DNA of 63,570 nucleotides, the filler included, from Globobulimina sp. (Eukaryota): NCBI GenBank assembly GCA_003354225.1. It is 33 parts of 33 records of this genome, joined end to end, with 100 filler letters (N's around TTAATTAATTAA, not from the genome) between each part and the next. Parts side by side here need not be neighbours in the genome. Positions count along the whole stretch, not along the records: positions 1 to 1,831 come from PIVH01011437.1; positions 1,932 to 3,762 come from PIVH01011438.1; positions 3,863 to 5,693 come from PIVH01011439.1; positions 5,794 to 7,624 come from PIVH01011440.1; positions 7,725 to 9,555 come from PIVH01011441.1; positions 9,656 to 11,486 come from PIVH01011442.1; positions 11,587 to 13,417 come from PIVH01011443.1; 26 more parts are not named here. The stretch is one strand, 5' to 3'. Both the position numbers and the translations under genes were made by a program. The notes under the pieces were generated by a model. The model was given only the letters and a program-made list of their open reading frames with translations, did no database searches and had not been told where the DNA came from. Of this stretch, positions 1 to 11,652 are shown one piece after another; the first letter of the stretch is position 1; each line of letters opens with the position of its first letter.

Positions 1-76
1 ACCAGAAAACAAAATATATATTAATTAATTAATTACTTCCATTAACTTATCGAAGTGTTCGACATTGTAACCTAAA

Positions 77-875
77 ATGGCAACAAGACGCAAACTTAAA
101 CGTAAACGAGATGCAGATGAATCTGAGTCAGATCAAGATGATCCGCTCACAAAAAAAATAAAAAGTTAGTTTGTGTTGAATTTGTATATCCAAAACCAAT
201 AATATTTATTTTTATTCAGTGGCACAAACACCGCATCCTATAATCAAATTTCTATTAAATAAGGGCACAGCATACGATACTAACAAATTTCATGACAGAA
301 CAATGAAAAACGCCTTTAAAAAATTCCAAGAAAAAGGCCAAATTATTTCTTTTCAAAAAGAAATATTCATGGCATATTATAGGAATATGGATAATTGGGA
401 TATCAATGCAAAGGCAATCGCCAAAAAAATGCAAAAATATTGTTTCATTATCACAGATATGTTTGCAACCGTAGAATCCCCCATATTTCATGGCAACCAT
501 CCAACCCAATCGGACTTATTGACGTTTTCAAGGTCATTATGCAAATACAATTGCAGATTAAGAAAGGGAGCAACAAATGAAAACCATCAATGGATAATGG
601 AATCTCATAAAATGAACGATGATAAATTATTGGGAAAATTAGTGAATGCCATCCAATCAACATTCGATAAATATCATACCCCACCAACCAACACAAAATG
701 CAATAAAATTAAAATTAGGTATAAAAAAGCCATTGCTTCCTCTTCCACTCAGTTCAACAACAACAACAACACAACATCTCCGTTTGCCATACCATTCACA
801 ACAACCATCATCATGCCAAATTACAATCTGTTGTCAGGCAGTTTATGGATGACTGACTGTAAAATATTGTATTAA
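77..875 (+). CDS. Hypothetical protein, two exons (77-164, 220-875)
   Basis: ATG at 77 (MATRRKLKRKR, NLS-like). GT..AG intron 165-219 (55 nt) joins in frame to the 219-875 ORF. No recognised domain. Confidence 0.55.
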
Positions 876-999
876 TCCATTTAAAATAAATGTTCTAATC
901 TTTTATCTTTCAATACTGTTATTTATTTAAATCTTTTTCCTTTTTCAAATACCTCTTAATTCTAAAAAAGAATGTAATGATATTTCCGTTAAATGCCCG

Positions 1000-1345
1000 C
1001 ATATTGGATATCATGGTACGAGTGTTGCCATGTACCGACAGCACCGTTGCTGATATATTTAAAAGTGGTGGATGCTTAATACTAAAAAAACGGAGCTAGT
1101 TATTGGATGCCGCACAAATATTTTTAACTCCATCATCATTCGCCAATGTTAAGTGTTTCTACTTTGACGCATATGCCAAGAATCCTTTGTTTATACTGAC
1201 AGGAAAAATGAGAAATGGAACGGTCAATTAATGCTACAATGTCGTATTGACCCAACATATAAATTTATCGGCCAGCAAACATTAGATGAAAATGGTACCA
1301 TTAAGCAAATTGATCGGATTTTCTTAATGATGAATTAGAGTGGTT
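1000..1345 (+). pseudogene. Degenerate ADP-ribosyltransferase-like (NEURL4 C-terminal type) fragment
   Basis: Reads HIGYHGT, QIFLTPS, GQLMLQCRIDPTYKFIGQQT and, after a frameshift, DFLNDELEW. Motif order matches NEURL4-like ART domains. Broken by stops and frameshifts. Confidence 0.55.
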
Positions 1346-1831
1346 ATTATTGGATTATTATTAAGATTTGAAATATCACTAATTCTTTTTTTTTCTTTGT
1401 TAATTTAATGAAATTATTAATCAATGTGTTTTTCAAACAATTTCTCAGCCAGTCATCATATTCATATTGTTATCTGTGATGTTAATATTTGTTTGCTCAG
1501 CAATTATTGTTGATGCTGTTTAAGTCCAAAATTTAAATAACTCCAAAACGTTTCACTCAAACCACAGTTGTTGGAAAAGCTACAGATAATGAAGCGTAGA
1601 GCTGATGTCAATGGTTCGATATGCGCCTCTTCTCCAACTAAAAAACAGAAAACTTGTGCATATGATGATGATTACAAAAGTGCATTTCCCATCAGGTATT
1701 TACAAATAATATTTATATAATACAGTATTACTATTTTTGAAACGGTGTGGTATTTATTTTCTACAAACGATACAAAGTTCCCAAATATTTGTAAAATGAG
1801 CAAATTAAATTGAAAAAATCAAAAATATGAA

Positions 1832-1931
1832 NNNNNNNNNNNNNNNNNNNNNNNNNNNNNNNNNNNNNNNNNNNNTTAATTAATTAANNNNNNNNNNNNN
1901 NNNNNNNNNNNNNNNNNNNNNNNNNNNNNNN
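1832..1931. other. Artificial contig-joining linker N44-TTAATTAATTAA-N44; first of 32 copies spaced about 1.93 kb apart
   Basis: Identical linker with stops in all six frames recurs 32 times. Intervening contigs shrink monotonically from 1831 to 1828 bp. Confidence 0.99.
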
Positions 1932-2053
1932 AGAAACATATAATATATTATAAAGCAATAAGAAAATACAAAATAATAAAATCAAACAATAATATCGTAA
2001 TATAAAGATAACATTAAAAGATATAATGAAGATAAGTATAAAAATAAATATAC

Positions 2054-3619
2054 TCATTCAAAATATTTCCATTTCTCCCAGTTCCCGAGCAACAGATTTG
2101 GTCTATCTTCCAATACTGCATTGACCAACAAATTGGTGCATGGCATAAATAATTGTTTGATTTCCTGTATATACCAATCAGTATATGACGTATTTTTTAT
2201 TTTAGAATTTGTTTTTTTAACATTGGCGAATAAATATTGATTGATTTCATCATCTCTTTGAAACTCGCATTGGTTATTATTCATTCTGTATCCCTGAGTC
2301 ATCCAGCACTTAATGCTTCGTATCGAGTCCACCGTATTCCCCCAAAGCCATTCGAATTGGACCCATTTATAATTTAACAACTCATTATCGATGGGATCCC
2401 ATTCCAAATCAGCATTGTTATATAATTGCACTTCATCATTAACAAACAGCCCAATTAATAAAATTGGCAAATAATAAGTGGACCAAATTACTTTTGAACC
2501 AACTTGACGTTGGTGACTAAGTAAAATATCCTTTGGGGAAATATATCTCCTTCGGAAATATTCTATAATTAACTGTTTATAATGACTCTTCATCAATAAA
2601 TATCTTTCCTTTTTGTGAGAACTGGGCGATATTTCTTTATATCTCAGCCAAATATTATCACAAATATCATTCAAATATTTTATAGATGAAATGTTCTTAA
2701 ACCAATCAATTACAGTCAACTCTGCGTGACCAGGACCTCCAAAATGAAAATAATTGCTCCAAACATGATCCATTGGGTTCCGCAGTATAGTCAAATACCT
2801 CGTTTTTGGCAGCAAATTTGCAACAAAAATGGCTACAAAAGGTCTTCGAGCGTAAACTGGTGCTTTCTCAAAAAACCAACAATATTCCACATATTGTGTA
2901 GAATCGGTGAAGTTGCTGTAATCCAATGGATTTATACAGTGTTTAGGATCAAAGCGATGACCATATTTAGCCAATCTTTCCCCTGTATTTTCCAAATTGC
3001 GCCATTTATAAGATTTTTCAAAGGGAGCTACACTGCATTTTCTACGCGGAAGAGCTGCCGCTGTGTGCATTGCGAACAACGATGATAAGGATGTATTGTC
3101 TGAATTATATGCATTTATATACTCATTCCATTCTAACCCAGTCATGTTTGGCGCACATTTATCCGTTCCATGAGTAGGCGAAGCGAAATAGAAATGTTCC
3201 ACTGGATATGCGAAAGTATCAGGATATAAACTAAATAAGCTCAAAAATGTATTGGTTCCAGTTTTGGGAGGTCCTGATAACAAAAAATGCCAAATACAGT
3301 TTATAATGAATATACATAAATTCAGATTTATTTTTATAGCTAACACATATAGAAAAACATAACCTGATATAATGAGTGCTGGTACACCAATTTTAATGCT
3401 GTTATTATAAAAATGTTGCTCTTTAAAGGAGGAAACGTCAACATTGCGAATATCAATTGTAATGACAGAGGCAGTGGCCTGGTTTGCTATCAATTGAGTG
3501 GCCATGGATTTTTCTAATGTATTCCATGGATCATCCACCAAATAAATAATTGTGTAGCAAACAAGAACAAATAATATTGATACAGTGCTTAAATATGTTC
3601 TTTTACATTTCAACGACAT
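2054..3619 (-). CDS. Type II membrane sulfotransferase (heparan-sulfate 3-O-sulfotransferase-like fold)
   Basis: N-terminal TM helix. Removing intron 3363-3274 gives PAPS loop PALIISGPPKTGT. Also FFEKAPVY and the 3'-PB motif ILRNPMDHVWSNY. Start taken at MSLKCKR. Confidence 0.8.
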   Translation of the reverse strand: MSLKCKRTYLSTVSILFVLVCYTIIYLVDDPWNTLEKSMATQLIANQATASVITIDIRNVDVSSFKEQHFYNNSIKIGVPALIISGYVFLYVLAIKINLNLCIFIINCIWHFLLSGPPKTGTNTFLSLFSLYPDTFAYPVEHFYFASPTHGTDKCAPNMTGLEWNEYINAYNSDNTSLSSLFAMHTAAALPRRKCSVAPFEKSYKWRNLENTGERLAKYGHRFDPKHCINPLDYSNFTDSTQYVEYCWFFEKAPVYARRPFVAIFVANLLPKTRYLTILRNPMDHVWSNYFHFGGPGHAELTVIDWFKNISSIKYLNDICDNIWLRYKEISPSSHKKERYLLMKSHYKQLIIEYFRRRYISPKDILLSHQRQVGSKVIWSTYYLPILLIGLFVNDEVQLYNNADLEWDPIDNELLNYKWVQFEWLWGNTVDSIRSIKCWMTQGYRMNNNQCEFQRDDEINQYLFANVKKTNSKIKNTSYTDWYIQEIKQLFMPCTNLLVNAVLEDRPNLLLGNWEKWKYFE

Positions 3620-3862
3620 TATAGATTTTTTAAAAGCTACTGTAAAGTAACTTGTTGCAACATTAATACGCAATGTCTCTTGTTGTTGGGTGTTACTGCG
3701 TGAAAGAGTTATCAAATCTGCAACGGCTAGGAATCGCGTTAAGAGTTCAAGAGAAGTATTATNNNNNNNNNNNNNNNNNNNNNNNNNNNNNNNNNNNNNN
3801 NNNNNNTTAATTAATTAANNNNNNNNNNNNNNNNNNNNNNNNNNNNNNNNNNNNNNNNNNNN

Positions 3863-5675
3863 CCAAATCCATATCCACATTATTCCGATTAATGTGATTA
3901 ATGTGCTCAAAAAAAAGACCGCTATCCAAATCCTGCGGTGTCAATGGAGGAAATTTCCTGTTTACCACATTCGACTTTATTGTACTTTCACTGTTCATAT
4001 TTTGGGACAGTAATAAGCGCTCATTGGTAGCTCCAGATTGCTGCGAATGCGATCCATCGTTAAATGTAGACAAACTAAACGAGGACGTGGATAAATTGGA
4101 TAATTTCGCCATAACATCAGCAATGCTGTGATAACTTTGAGCTGTGTCATCGGAATGAGATGGTTCGATTTGCGACACATTGATGGAGGACAAAATGGCA
4201 TTGCTCTCGTTATTATTGTCATTATTTTTCATGGATAAAAATGAGTTTTCCTCACAATCATAGACTTCATCAGTGCTGATTTTCATTTTTAATATTTGCT
4301 TCAAAGTGTCATCCATTTCCTGGTTAAAGTTTTTTAAGTCAGTTAAGGAGGGCATGCTCGACAAATCATCTTCGGCGCTTTCTTTGTGCTCGCTATCAGA
4401 AACATGTATATCTACGAAATTTAAATGTTGTATTGGTAACAAAGAGTCATTAATATTGTTAGTCATATTATTATGATCACAAGTTTTGTTTGAAGGCGGC
4501 AAAGACGGATAGCTATGAATTGTGCTGTCAGTGACTCGTGGCGTATTAAACGAGTCTGAGCTTTTTGTATTTGTGTGTGTGGTATTTGTGTGTGCGGTAT
4601 TTGTGTGTGTGGTATTTGTAGGTGTTACAAAATGTTGTTTGTTCAAAGTTGAGCTGTCATGCTTTTCCTTATTATTTTTCACTCGACTTTTTTCACTCAA
4701 AACAATGGATTCTTTCTCTTCTTCAGAATGATACTCGAATAGTTTTGGTGTGTTCGGTTTATTTGAATACGAGTCGCCGAAATTCGATTGAATGGTAAAC
4801 GAAGAGACAGTGCCTTCGTTGCCAGAATTGCGCTCATTCATTTCTTGGATAGTTTGCATAGTTTGTGGTTTTTGATTGTGTGATAAAAATTGGTCTAATT
4901 TGTGTAAGCTATCGGGCAATTTACTAAACTCAATCGACGACAAACTCGATAGACTCCATTCTGACGCATTGGACGAATCGGACTGGATCGAGGACCGTAA
5001 TATTTTGTCCATTTCTTGCTTGGATTTATCCGTTTTTGTGTAATCCATGGACGATTCGGAAAAATTCTCGAAAAAATTGGCAGTCTGATCCAGCAATGCT
5101 GCACTTTCACGGATAAATTTTGAGGTTTCCTCAATGTTTATATTTGAAATTGTCGATGAACATTGCGATAAATCTGACGCTGCGCCGATGGAATCGGTAC
5201 TTGTTCGTAAATTATTTGGCTTTTCATTGTGATCATATTCTTCTTCATCGTCCGCATCGTCCGCAGCATTATCTGCATCGCTTAACATCTCTGACAGCAC
5301 AGATATCGCTTTTTGTCGCTTAAAAATCAAATTATATTCGTCCTCCTTAGCTTCATACGGTTCGTTAGGTTGGCTATATTCATACATTTCACTTTCGCCG
5401 TCATCAATATCCGTCGATTTTGATGGTGAATTTGTAGCGCTTTTACGGGATATAACTGACATTTCATTTTCATTTTCGTTTTGGTGTTCCTCCGGTTGTA
5501 TTTCCATACTCTTTCTCAGATTGGTTGCTTGCGATTGCTTTTTGTTGTAAATATTCTGCAATAATTGTTCAAACCAGGTCCGATTCATTGCAATTTGATC
5601 GTTGCTATGATGTGTAATATTTGTTTGTATTTCGGATTCTGTTTCGCTGTTTTCTTCATTTCCCATTTGTATCAA
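3863..5675 (-). CDS. Ser/Asn/Glu-rich low-complexity protein, partial
   Basis: About 600 codons open across the contig with a TNT(T/A)H 15-bp repeat near 4567-4620. No domain recognised. Confidence 0.65.
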
Positions 5676-5793
5676 TAATGATTCGAACCATTTNNNNNNN
5701 NNNNNNNNNNNNNNNNNNNNNNNNNNNNNNNNNNNNNTTAATTAATTAANNNNNNNNNNNNNNNNNNNNNNNNNNNNNNNNNNNNNNNNNNNN

Positions 5794-5912
5794 TTTTGCA
5801 TTATCAGAGCATTAACATAGCATTAACATAAGAAAATAGCATTAACATAGCATTAATATAGCATTAACACGAATGAATCTATATATACCTCTTTTATGGT
5901 TTGTTTTTGATT
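5794..5912 (+). repeat. Left arm of a 119-bp perfect inverted repeat containing 11-bp (TAGCATTAACA-like) tandem units
   Basis: Exact reverse complement of 7506-7624. Confidence 0.95.
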
Positions 5913-6055
5913 CTGTTTTTTTGTTGTGTGATAAAATAATCTGTGTCGTTCAAAATCAAATGGTTGGCGACAGGGCGTACGAATAGGTGCGGGTTGTGTT
6001 ACAATAAAAGTCCGCTCCATAAAGTTTCCGTTGAGTTTGATTTTGAGTCTTAACC

Positions 6056-7576
6056 ATGTGGACGACCTGCATTAAACTACTCGAAACTAAAAATAATGAA
6101 TTTGATGCAGAATGTGAGATATTAATTGAAAATAAATTGAAAGAAATGGTATCAAATTGCAAATGTACACAAGACGTATTTCTTAATGAGCTTAATTCAA
6201 ACGTGAAGACAGAAACAAATAGCAATAATAATCAAATTATAAAACAAGAATATAAGAATAGTTTTAATTTATTATTTAAAGCACACACATTAATCATTAA
6301 GGAATTGCAAAACAAATATATTGACGCTGTTAAACAATTATTTGCAGAGAAAATTGGAAAAAGTGCGAATTTATATCAACAAATGTATGAAATTGCAAAC
6401 GAACACAATATGAATGATAATATTTTTCAAATAATAGAACAAAATATTAATATTATTGAAAATACTGATAATCAAATAATAAAACAAGAAGAGAATGATT
6501 TTGAATTAAAAGAAGAATCCCAACAAAATGTAAAAGATATAAATGATTCGACATTGAATGAAATGGATATTATAAAAACAGAAGAAAATATAAATGCAAA
6601 CAATATTAATATTAATAATAACAATTCAGCACAAGATATAGAAACAAATATTAATAATATGAGTGATGAAGAACCAGAGAGTGAAGGTGATGATGAAAGG
6701 CACATCAAAAGAAATAAAACAGTGGAAATAGAGAGAAGTGATCATAACGATACAAACGATAATACAAATAATAAAAATGTGGATGATGAAGAAGCAGATG
6801 AAGAGGAAACAAAAGAGGATGACAATAATAATAATAATAATGATACAAACTATAATTATAAATGTTGGCTTTGTGAGTATAAATCACTTTGGTTGAATGA
6901 GTATGAGATCCATATGTGGACTGAACATGGTCAAAGGAAACCACTTAAATGTCAATATTGTGATAAACAGTTTGAATATGCCCAGACTTTGTATGCTCAT
7001 GAAACCATTGTTCATTTAAATAATGGCAGATGTAAATGTACGTATTGTAATAAGACATTTATGGACAAATGGTCGTTGGATAATCATATTCGATTGCATA
7101 CAAAGGAGAGACCGTTTAAATGCTCGTATTGCGAGAGTTCATTTACTCAAAAATCTCATTTAAAAAAACATATTAATCAGATACATACAAATGGAGGTAA
7201 ATATGCATGTACATATTGCACAAAAAGATTTTCAACACCATCAGAATTGAAAATACATGAAAGGAGCCATACAAAAGAAAAACCATTCAAATGTAATGAA
7301 TGTCATAAATCATTTTCCATAAAAGGTGATTTAAAAACACATATAAATCAGATACATACAAATGGAGGTAAATATGCATGTACATATTGCACAAAACGAT
7401 TTTCGACACCATCAGCATTGAAAATGCATGAAAGGAGCCATACAAAAGAGAAACCATTTAAATGTAATGAATGTCATAAATCATTTACTCAAAAAAGTAA
7501 TTTGAAATCAAAAACAAACCATAAAAGAGGTATATATAGATTCATTCGTGTTAATGCTATATTAATGCTATGTTAA
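6056..7576 (+). CDS. C2H2 zinc-finger protein with the last finger truncated
   Basis: About 8 C-x2-C...H-x3/4-H fingers with HTKE(K/R)PF linkers. An internal duplication of about 171 bp covers two fingers. The final finger lacks its His pair because it runs into the inverted repeat at 7506. Confidence 0.92.
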   Translation: MWTTCIKLLETKNNEFDAECEILIENKLKEMVSNCKCTQDVFLNELNSNVKTETNSNNNQIIKQEYKNSFNLLFKAHTLIIKELQNKYIDAVKQLFAEKIGKSANLYQQMYEIANEHNMNDNIFQIIEQNINIIENTDNQIIKQEENDFELKEESQQNVKDINDSTLNEMDIIKTEENINANNININNNNSAQDIETNINNMSDEEPESEGDDERHIKRNKTVEIERSDHNDTNDNTNNKNVDDEEADEEETKEDDNNNNNNDTNYNYKCWLCEYKSLWLNEYEIHMWTEHGQRKPLKCQYCDKQFEYAQTLYAHETIVHLNNGRCKCTYCNKTFMDKWSLDNHIRLHTKERPFKCSYCESSFTQKSHLKKHINQIHTNGGKYACTYCTKRFSTPSELKIHERSHTKEKPFKCNECHKSFSIKGDLKTHINQIHTNGGKYACTYCTKRFSTPSALKMHERSHTKEKPFKCNECHKSFTQKSNLKSKTNHKRGIYRFIRVNAILMLC

Positions 7577-7624
7577 TGCTATTTTCTTATGTTAATGCTA
7601 TGTTAATGCTCTGATAATGCAAAA
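7506..7624 (-). repeat. Right arm of the 119-bp inverted repeat
   Basis: Reverse complement of 5794-5912. Confidence 0.95.
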
Positions 7625-7724
7625 NNNNNNNNNNNNNNNNNNNNNNNNNNNNNNNNNNNNNNNNNNNNTTAATTAATTAANNNNNNNNNNNNNNNNNNNN
7701 NNNNNNNNNNNNNNNNNNNNNNNN

Positions 7725-8391
7725 TTCCCGGGCACAGTCTTTTACCACCTGTTTGGCTTCCAGGAATTCATGAAAATCTTTACCAACTTTTTTATATAAA
7801 AGATATTTTGCGAAATCTGCAACATTGTCTTTGTGCCATATTGCGTTTTTTGTATTTATTTTTACATCATCCGCTTCTGTCCATTTCTCAAAATAAACAT
7901 AACGCAATAATTAAATCAGTTTTATATTTGGAAAATGCAATAAAGCCAACACGGATTAACGAGGTGCCACCAAAATCACCGCATAAATCTATTTCTGCAT
8001 AGTGCTCTCTGTATGATTTAGCCCACGTATTGTCAAACATGTTACTGATTTGTCTTTCTAACTGTAATGGGATTTGATTATTTAATCTCAAATCCGTATT
8101 AATTCTCGCCATAATTTTATTTTTTATTTGTTGTGCTTGCTCTCCACTAATATTACTATCTGCGACAATGATCGGATATGATGATAGGCCTTCTCTACAT
8201 TTTGGTGGTATGGAATGAATCGCTTCTAATACTTTGTCATGTGTTTCTTTTAATTTTGCTATATGTTGAGGAGAGTTTACTATTCTAAATATGGGATCGC
8301 ATGCTACTAATTCTTGTGTTGGTGGTTTTACAATTTTTTGTTGCTCCGTATCAATATCTGCAACTTTTGGTTTAGATTTGCAACATCCCAT
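7725..8391 (-). CDS. Putative N-acylated hypothetical protein with an apparent +1 frameshift near 7890, 3' partial
   Basis: MGCCKSK N-terminus (myristoylation/palmitoylation-like). Removing one T from TTATTTTGAG joins IIALCLF to EKWTEADD. Confidence 0.55.
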
Positions 8392-9201
8392 CTTTGCGTT
8401 GTCACTTGTGTGGCTTCAAAAAACGTTTTTGGTTTCAAACTTAGTGTGATATGGGTTTTCAAAATAACGTGCGTTGTTTGTCTGTTTTCTGTGTATGGAT
8501 CAGCTGCCGACTTATGTTTATCAGACTGGTGTGCATCAGACTGGTGTGCTACATCAACATCAGAACTATCTCAATTACAAGTTATTTATATACACGTATG
8601 ACAATTCAAAACATAACAATATACTAATATTACTAGCAAAGGTTATTAGTATGTGAAAAGGAGAAAAATGACAGGCAAACACAAATTGAATCATTAATTA
8701 AGAATAAAAATGAATTACAAACACAAATTGAATATTTACAACGATCCGTTATCGGAGCATGTATTAGTTTGGGATTAGTTTTTGTATTCTTTGTATATTA
8801 TAATTGCATTTTAAATCGGAAACAGAAAAACATAGCAAATAATAAGATTGTTCCGGTACCGGTAGCATCGAAAAGAAATCGTTCTTTAATAACATTATCA
8901 TCGAAACAAATTGTTTTTACAAAAACCAAAATTAAAATTGCAGCCATGAATTTATCAAATCAAATTTCCCAAGACATTAAACATAAAAATAAACAATTTA
9001 ATGAGACGGAAATTAATTATATTCAACAAAGAATCGAACAATTTATTTTAATACAAAAAAGTGGACAATTCGAGATAAACATTGATGAAAAAAATTTAAA
9101 ACTTAATATTGAGATGAAACTAATCGATAAGGATGATATCAAAATTTGTGCGGAGTTATTTATGAAAAATAGCAATTGATTTTTAATGAGTTGTGTAATA
9201 A

Positions 9202-9555
9202 TTATATGACTTCTGTTGTTGGTTGTCCTTCGCATGAAATTTCTGGCTTTTTTGTTTTCAATGCATTGATGGCCTTTGTCAATCGAATAATATGTCCAGT
9301 TTTCTTAATGCCTAACTCTTTCAATGCCGTCTCATTTGAAACATTAATATCCGAAATATACTCCAATTTATCAAATCCGTCATCTACAAAATTTGTATAA
9401 TATTGTTTCAATCCTAATTGATTTAACCAGTCATATAAACTCGTTTTAGTTTCATTATCATTCAATTTCGATTTTAAATTCGCAATTTCCTCTTCCATTT
9501 TTTTCTTTTCTTCCTCATGTTTCGATTCTATTCGATTGTCAATACTCTTTTTTTT
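9202..9555 (-). CDS. C-terminus of a SAM-domain protein, 5' partial
   Basis: LYDWLNQLGLKQYYTNFVDDGFD...LKELGIKKTGHIIRL matches the SAM consensus. Confidence 0.85.
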   Translation of the reverse strand, partial: KKKSIDNRIESKHEEEKKKMEEEIANLKSKLNDNETKTSLYDWLNQLGLKQYYTNFVDDGFDKLEYISDINVSNETALKELGIKKTGHIIRLTKAINALKTKKPEISCEGQPTTEVI

Positions 9556-9655
9556 NNNNNNNNNNNNNNNNNNNNNNNNNNNNNNNNNNNNNNNNNNNNT
9601 TAATTAATTAANNNNNNNNNNNNNNNNNNNNNNNNNNNNNNNNNNNNNNNNNNNN

Positions 9656-10291
9656 GATTTGGTTTCTGTCAAACCCCATTTCCAATAAACGAGCTTGAAT
9701 GTAATCGTATTTTGTGTCATGTGGAGTACTGATGTTATCATCGGAGGATTCGTCAACATTCTTATGCTAAATATAATATTTGTTAATAATGGAAAAGTAT
9801 AGGAACAGGGACATAATACTTAGCGTCTGTTGTTATCGCAGCTGACGTATTTTTATTAGCATTTGCTGCTAAACGCGTGGTTTCAATGTCAGTCACATTG
9901 GAGAGTTTTGAGCTGCATGTTTATGCAAAGTATAATTATTAAAAAAGTATATGTGTATTTGCGTAAACTGTAACTATAATTGAATATATTTGGATTTCCA
10001 TTTATTAGATTCTTGTTTAAAATGATATATTTCTGCTGTTAATCCATTATTTTGTTTTCTTAATGAAGAATTTGATTCAGATAATGCATTTACTTCATAA
10101 TTTGGGTTATTTTCATTAAATTTACGTTTCTTTCTATCTGGTTCATTGTCGACATCATATTCATCTGATTTTCGTTTGTTTGAATTGATATTGGTTTTGT
10201 TTTCAATCACTGGACTTGAAACAGAATTATTTGTGAATGTAATATGTTGTGATTGTATTGCAGCAAGCAATGATTTTGTAGCAGGATCCAT
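9656..10291 (-). CDS. Multi-exon hypothetical protein with a UBA-like motif at the contig edge, 3' partial
   Basis: Exon 10291-9975, intron 9974-9913. LLEMGFDRNQI occurs near 9656-9690. The second splice junction is not resolved. Confidence 0.45.
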
Positions 10292-10718
10292 GTTACACCC
10301 CCAAAAAAAATGGTATGTTACTTCTAGAAAACATTCCGAAAACTCATCATATCACGATTTAACTTGTTTGATTTACAGACAAATTCTCCGCTCTTATCAA
10401 CGGAACCTGACTAACCTGACTAAGCATTGTATAAATTACACAAAATATATATCGGGGGTTATCATTTGAAATATATCGTTTAAAGTTAGAGTGTAAAAAG
10501 TTTTTTGTGTTTTGATAAACAAAGTATTATTCCGATTTGTATTATTCCGATTTATGGACATATCATGTTTCCTAATTGTCAGCAGCTGCATTCATAATCA
10601 TAAAAATAGATAATTTTATACCAAAAATATCAGTTATCTTTAGTTTTAACTCATTTTTATTTTTCATTGCCAATAATCTAAAGCTATCCACTGCAAATTT
10701 AGGAACGGAATAAGAAAC

Positions 10719-11420
10719 ATGATGAACATAATGCGGCTTTGTCGCAGTAATTTGAAGACAAAATCATATCTTTCATTATCGAGCTCCAGCTCCAGGTACA
10801 TATCATCATCGCCATTGTTTAGTATTTTGGAGGCAAATAAAGAAAATACAAAACCAATACTCATTCACCATAATGATGAATGTAGCTACAAAGAGTTGTA
10901 TCATCAAACTATAAAATATGTATCATATTTGCAAAATCATTGTGGCATTAAACAGGGAGACAGAATAATGTCAATATCTCGACATTGTATACCATTCCAT
11001 GTATTAGTAATAGCCGCACATTTAATGAATGCCACATTGATTCCGGTCAACCACGTTCATAAAAGGAACGAATTTGAAAATGTCCTCAATTTGGTCAAAC
11101 CTAACGTTATATTTATGGAGGACTTATTCAATGAAAACAATATTCAACTTCCTATTTCTGAGTTGGATCCAAACAAAATAAAAACATTTAGTCACATCGA
11201 TTTAATAGATGATGCAGAATGTAATATAAATAAAATTAAGTACATTCACATTCGAAATCTTGTGCCATTCCACATATTTTCAACAGGCGGCACAACCGGA
11301 ATGTCAAAATTGGTGCATCGTAATCAAAATGACATCAACAAATTATTAAATCCTCCGATATTACGCGACATTGTGCCTCGCTCTTTATTAAATTGCTACC
11401 AATCAATGATTCATGCATAA
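10719..11420 (+). CDS. AMP-binding acyl-CoA synthetase N-terminal half, apparently truncated
   Basis: Arg/Ser-rich transit-like N-terminus, SYKEL, GIKQGDRI and AMP loop FSTGGTTGMSKLV. Stops at 233 aa. Confidence 0.75.
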   Translation: MMNIMRLCRSNLKTKSYLSLSSSSSRYISSSPLFSILEANKENTKPILIHHNDECSYKELYHQTIKYVSYLQNHCGIKQGDRIMSISRHCIPFHVLVIAAHLMNATLIPVNHVHKRNEFENVLNLVKPNVIFMEDLFNENNIQLPISELDPNKIKTFSHIDLIDDAECNINKIKYIHIRNLVPFHIFSTGGTTGMSKLVHRNQNDINKLLNPPILRDIVPRSLLNCYQSMIHA

Positions 11421-11652
11421 TCTTGAAAAAAGCAATCAAAGATTTTAATTTTTTTTTGTTTAATCGTTCCTCAATATTCCAACAAGNNNNNNNNNNNNNN
11501 NNNNNNNNNNNNNNNNNNNNNNNNNNNNNNTTAATTAATTAANNNNNNNNNNNNNNNNNNNNNNNNNNNNNNNNNNNNNNNNNNNNAATATATGTATAAT
11601 ACTTTAGAACACGAGTTGTGAGGTTGTGGTATAATATATGTTCTATATACAG

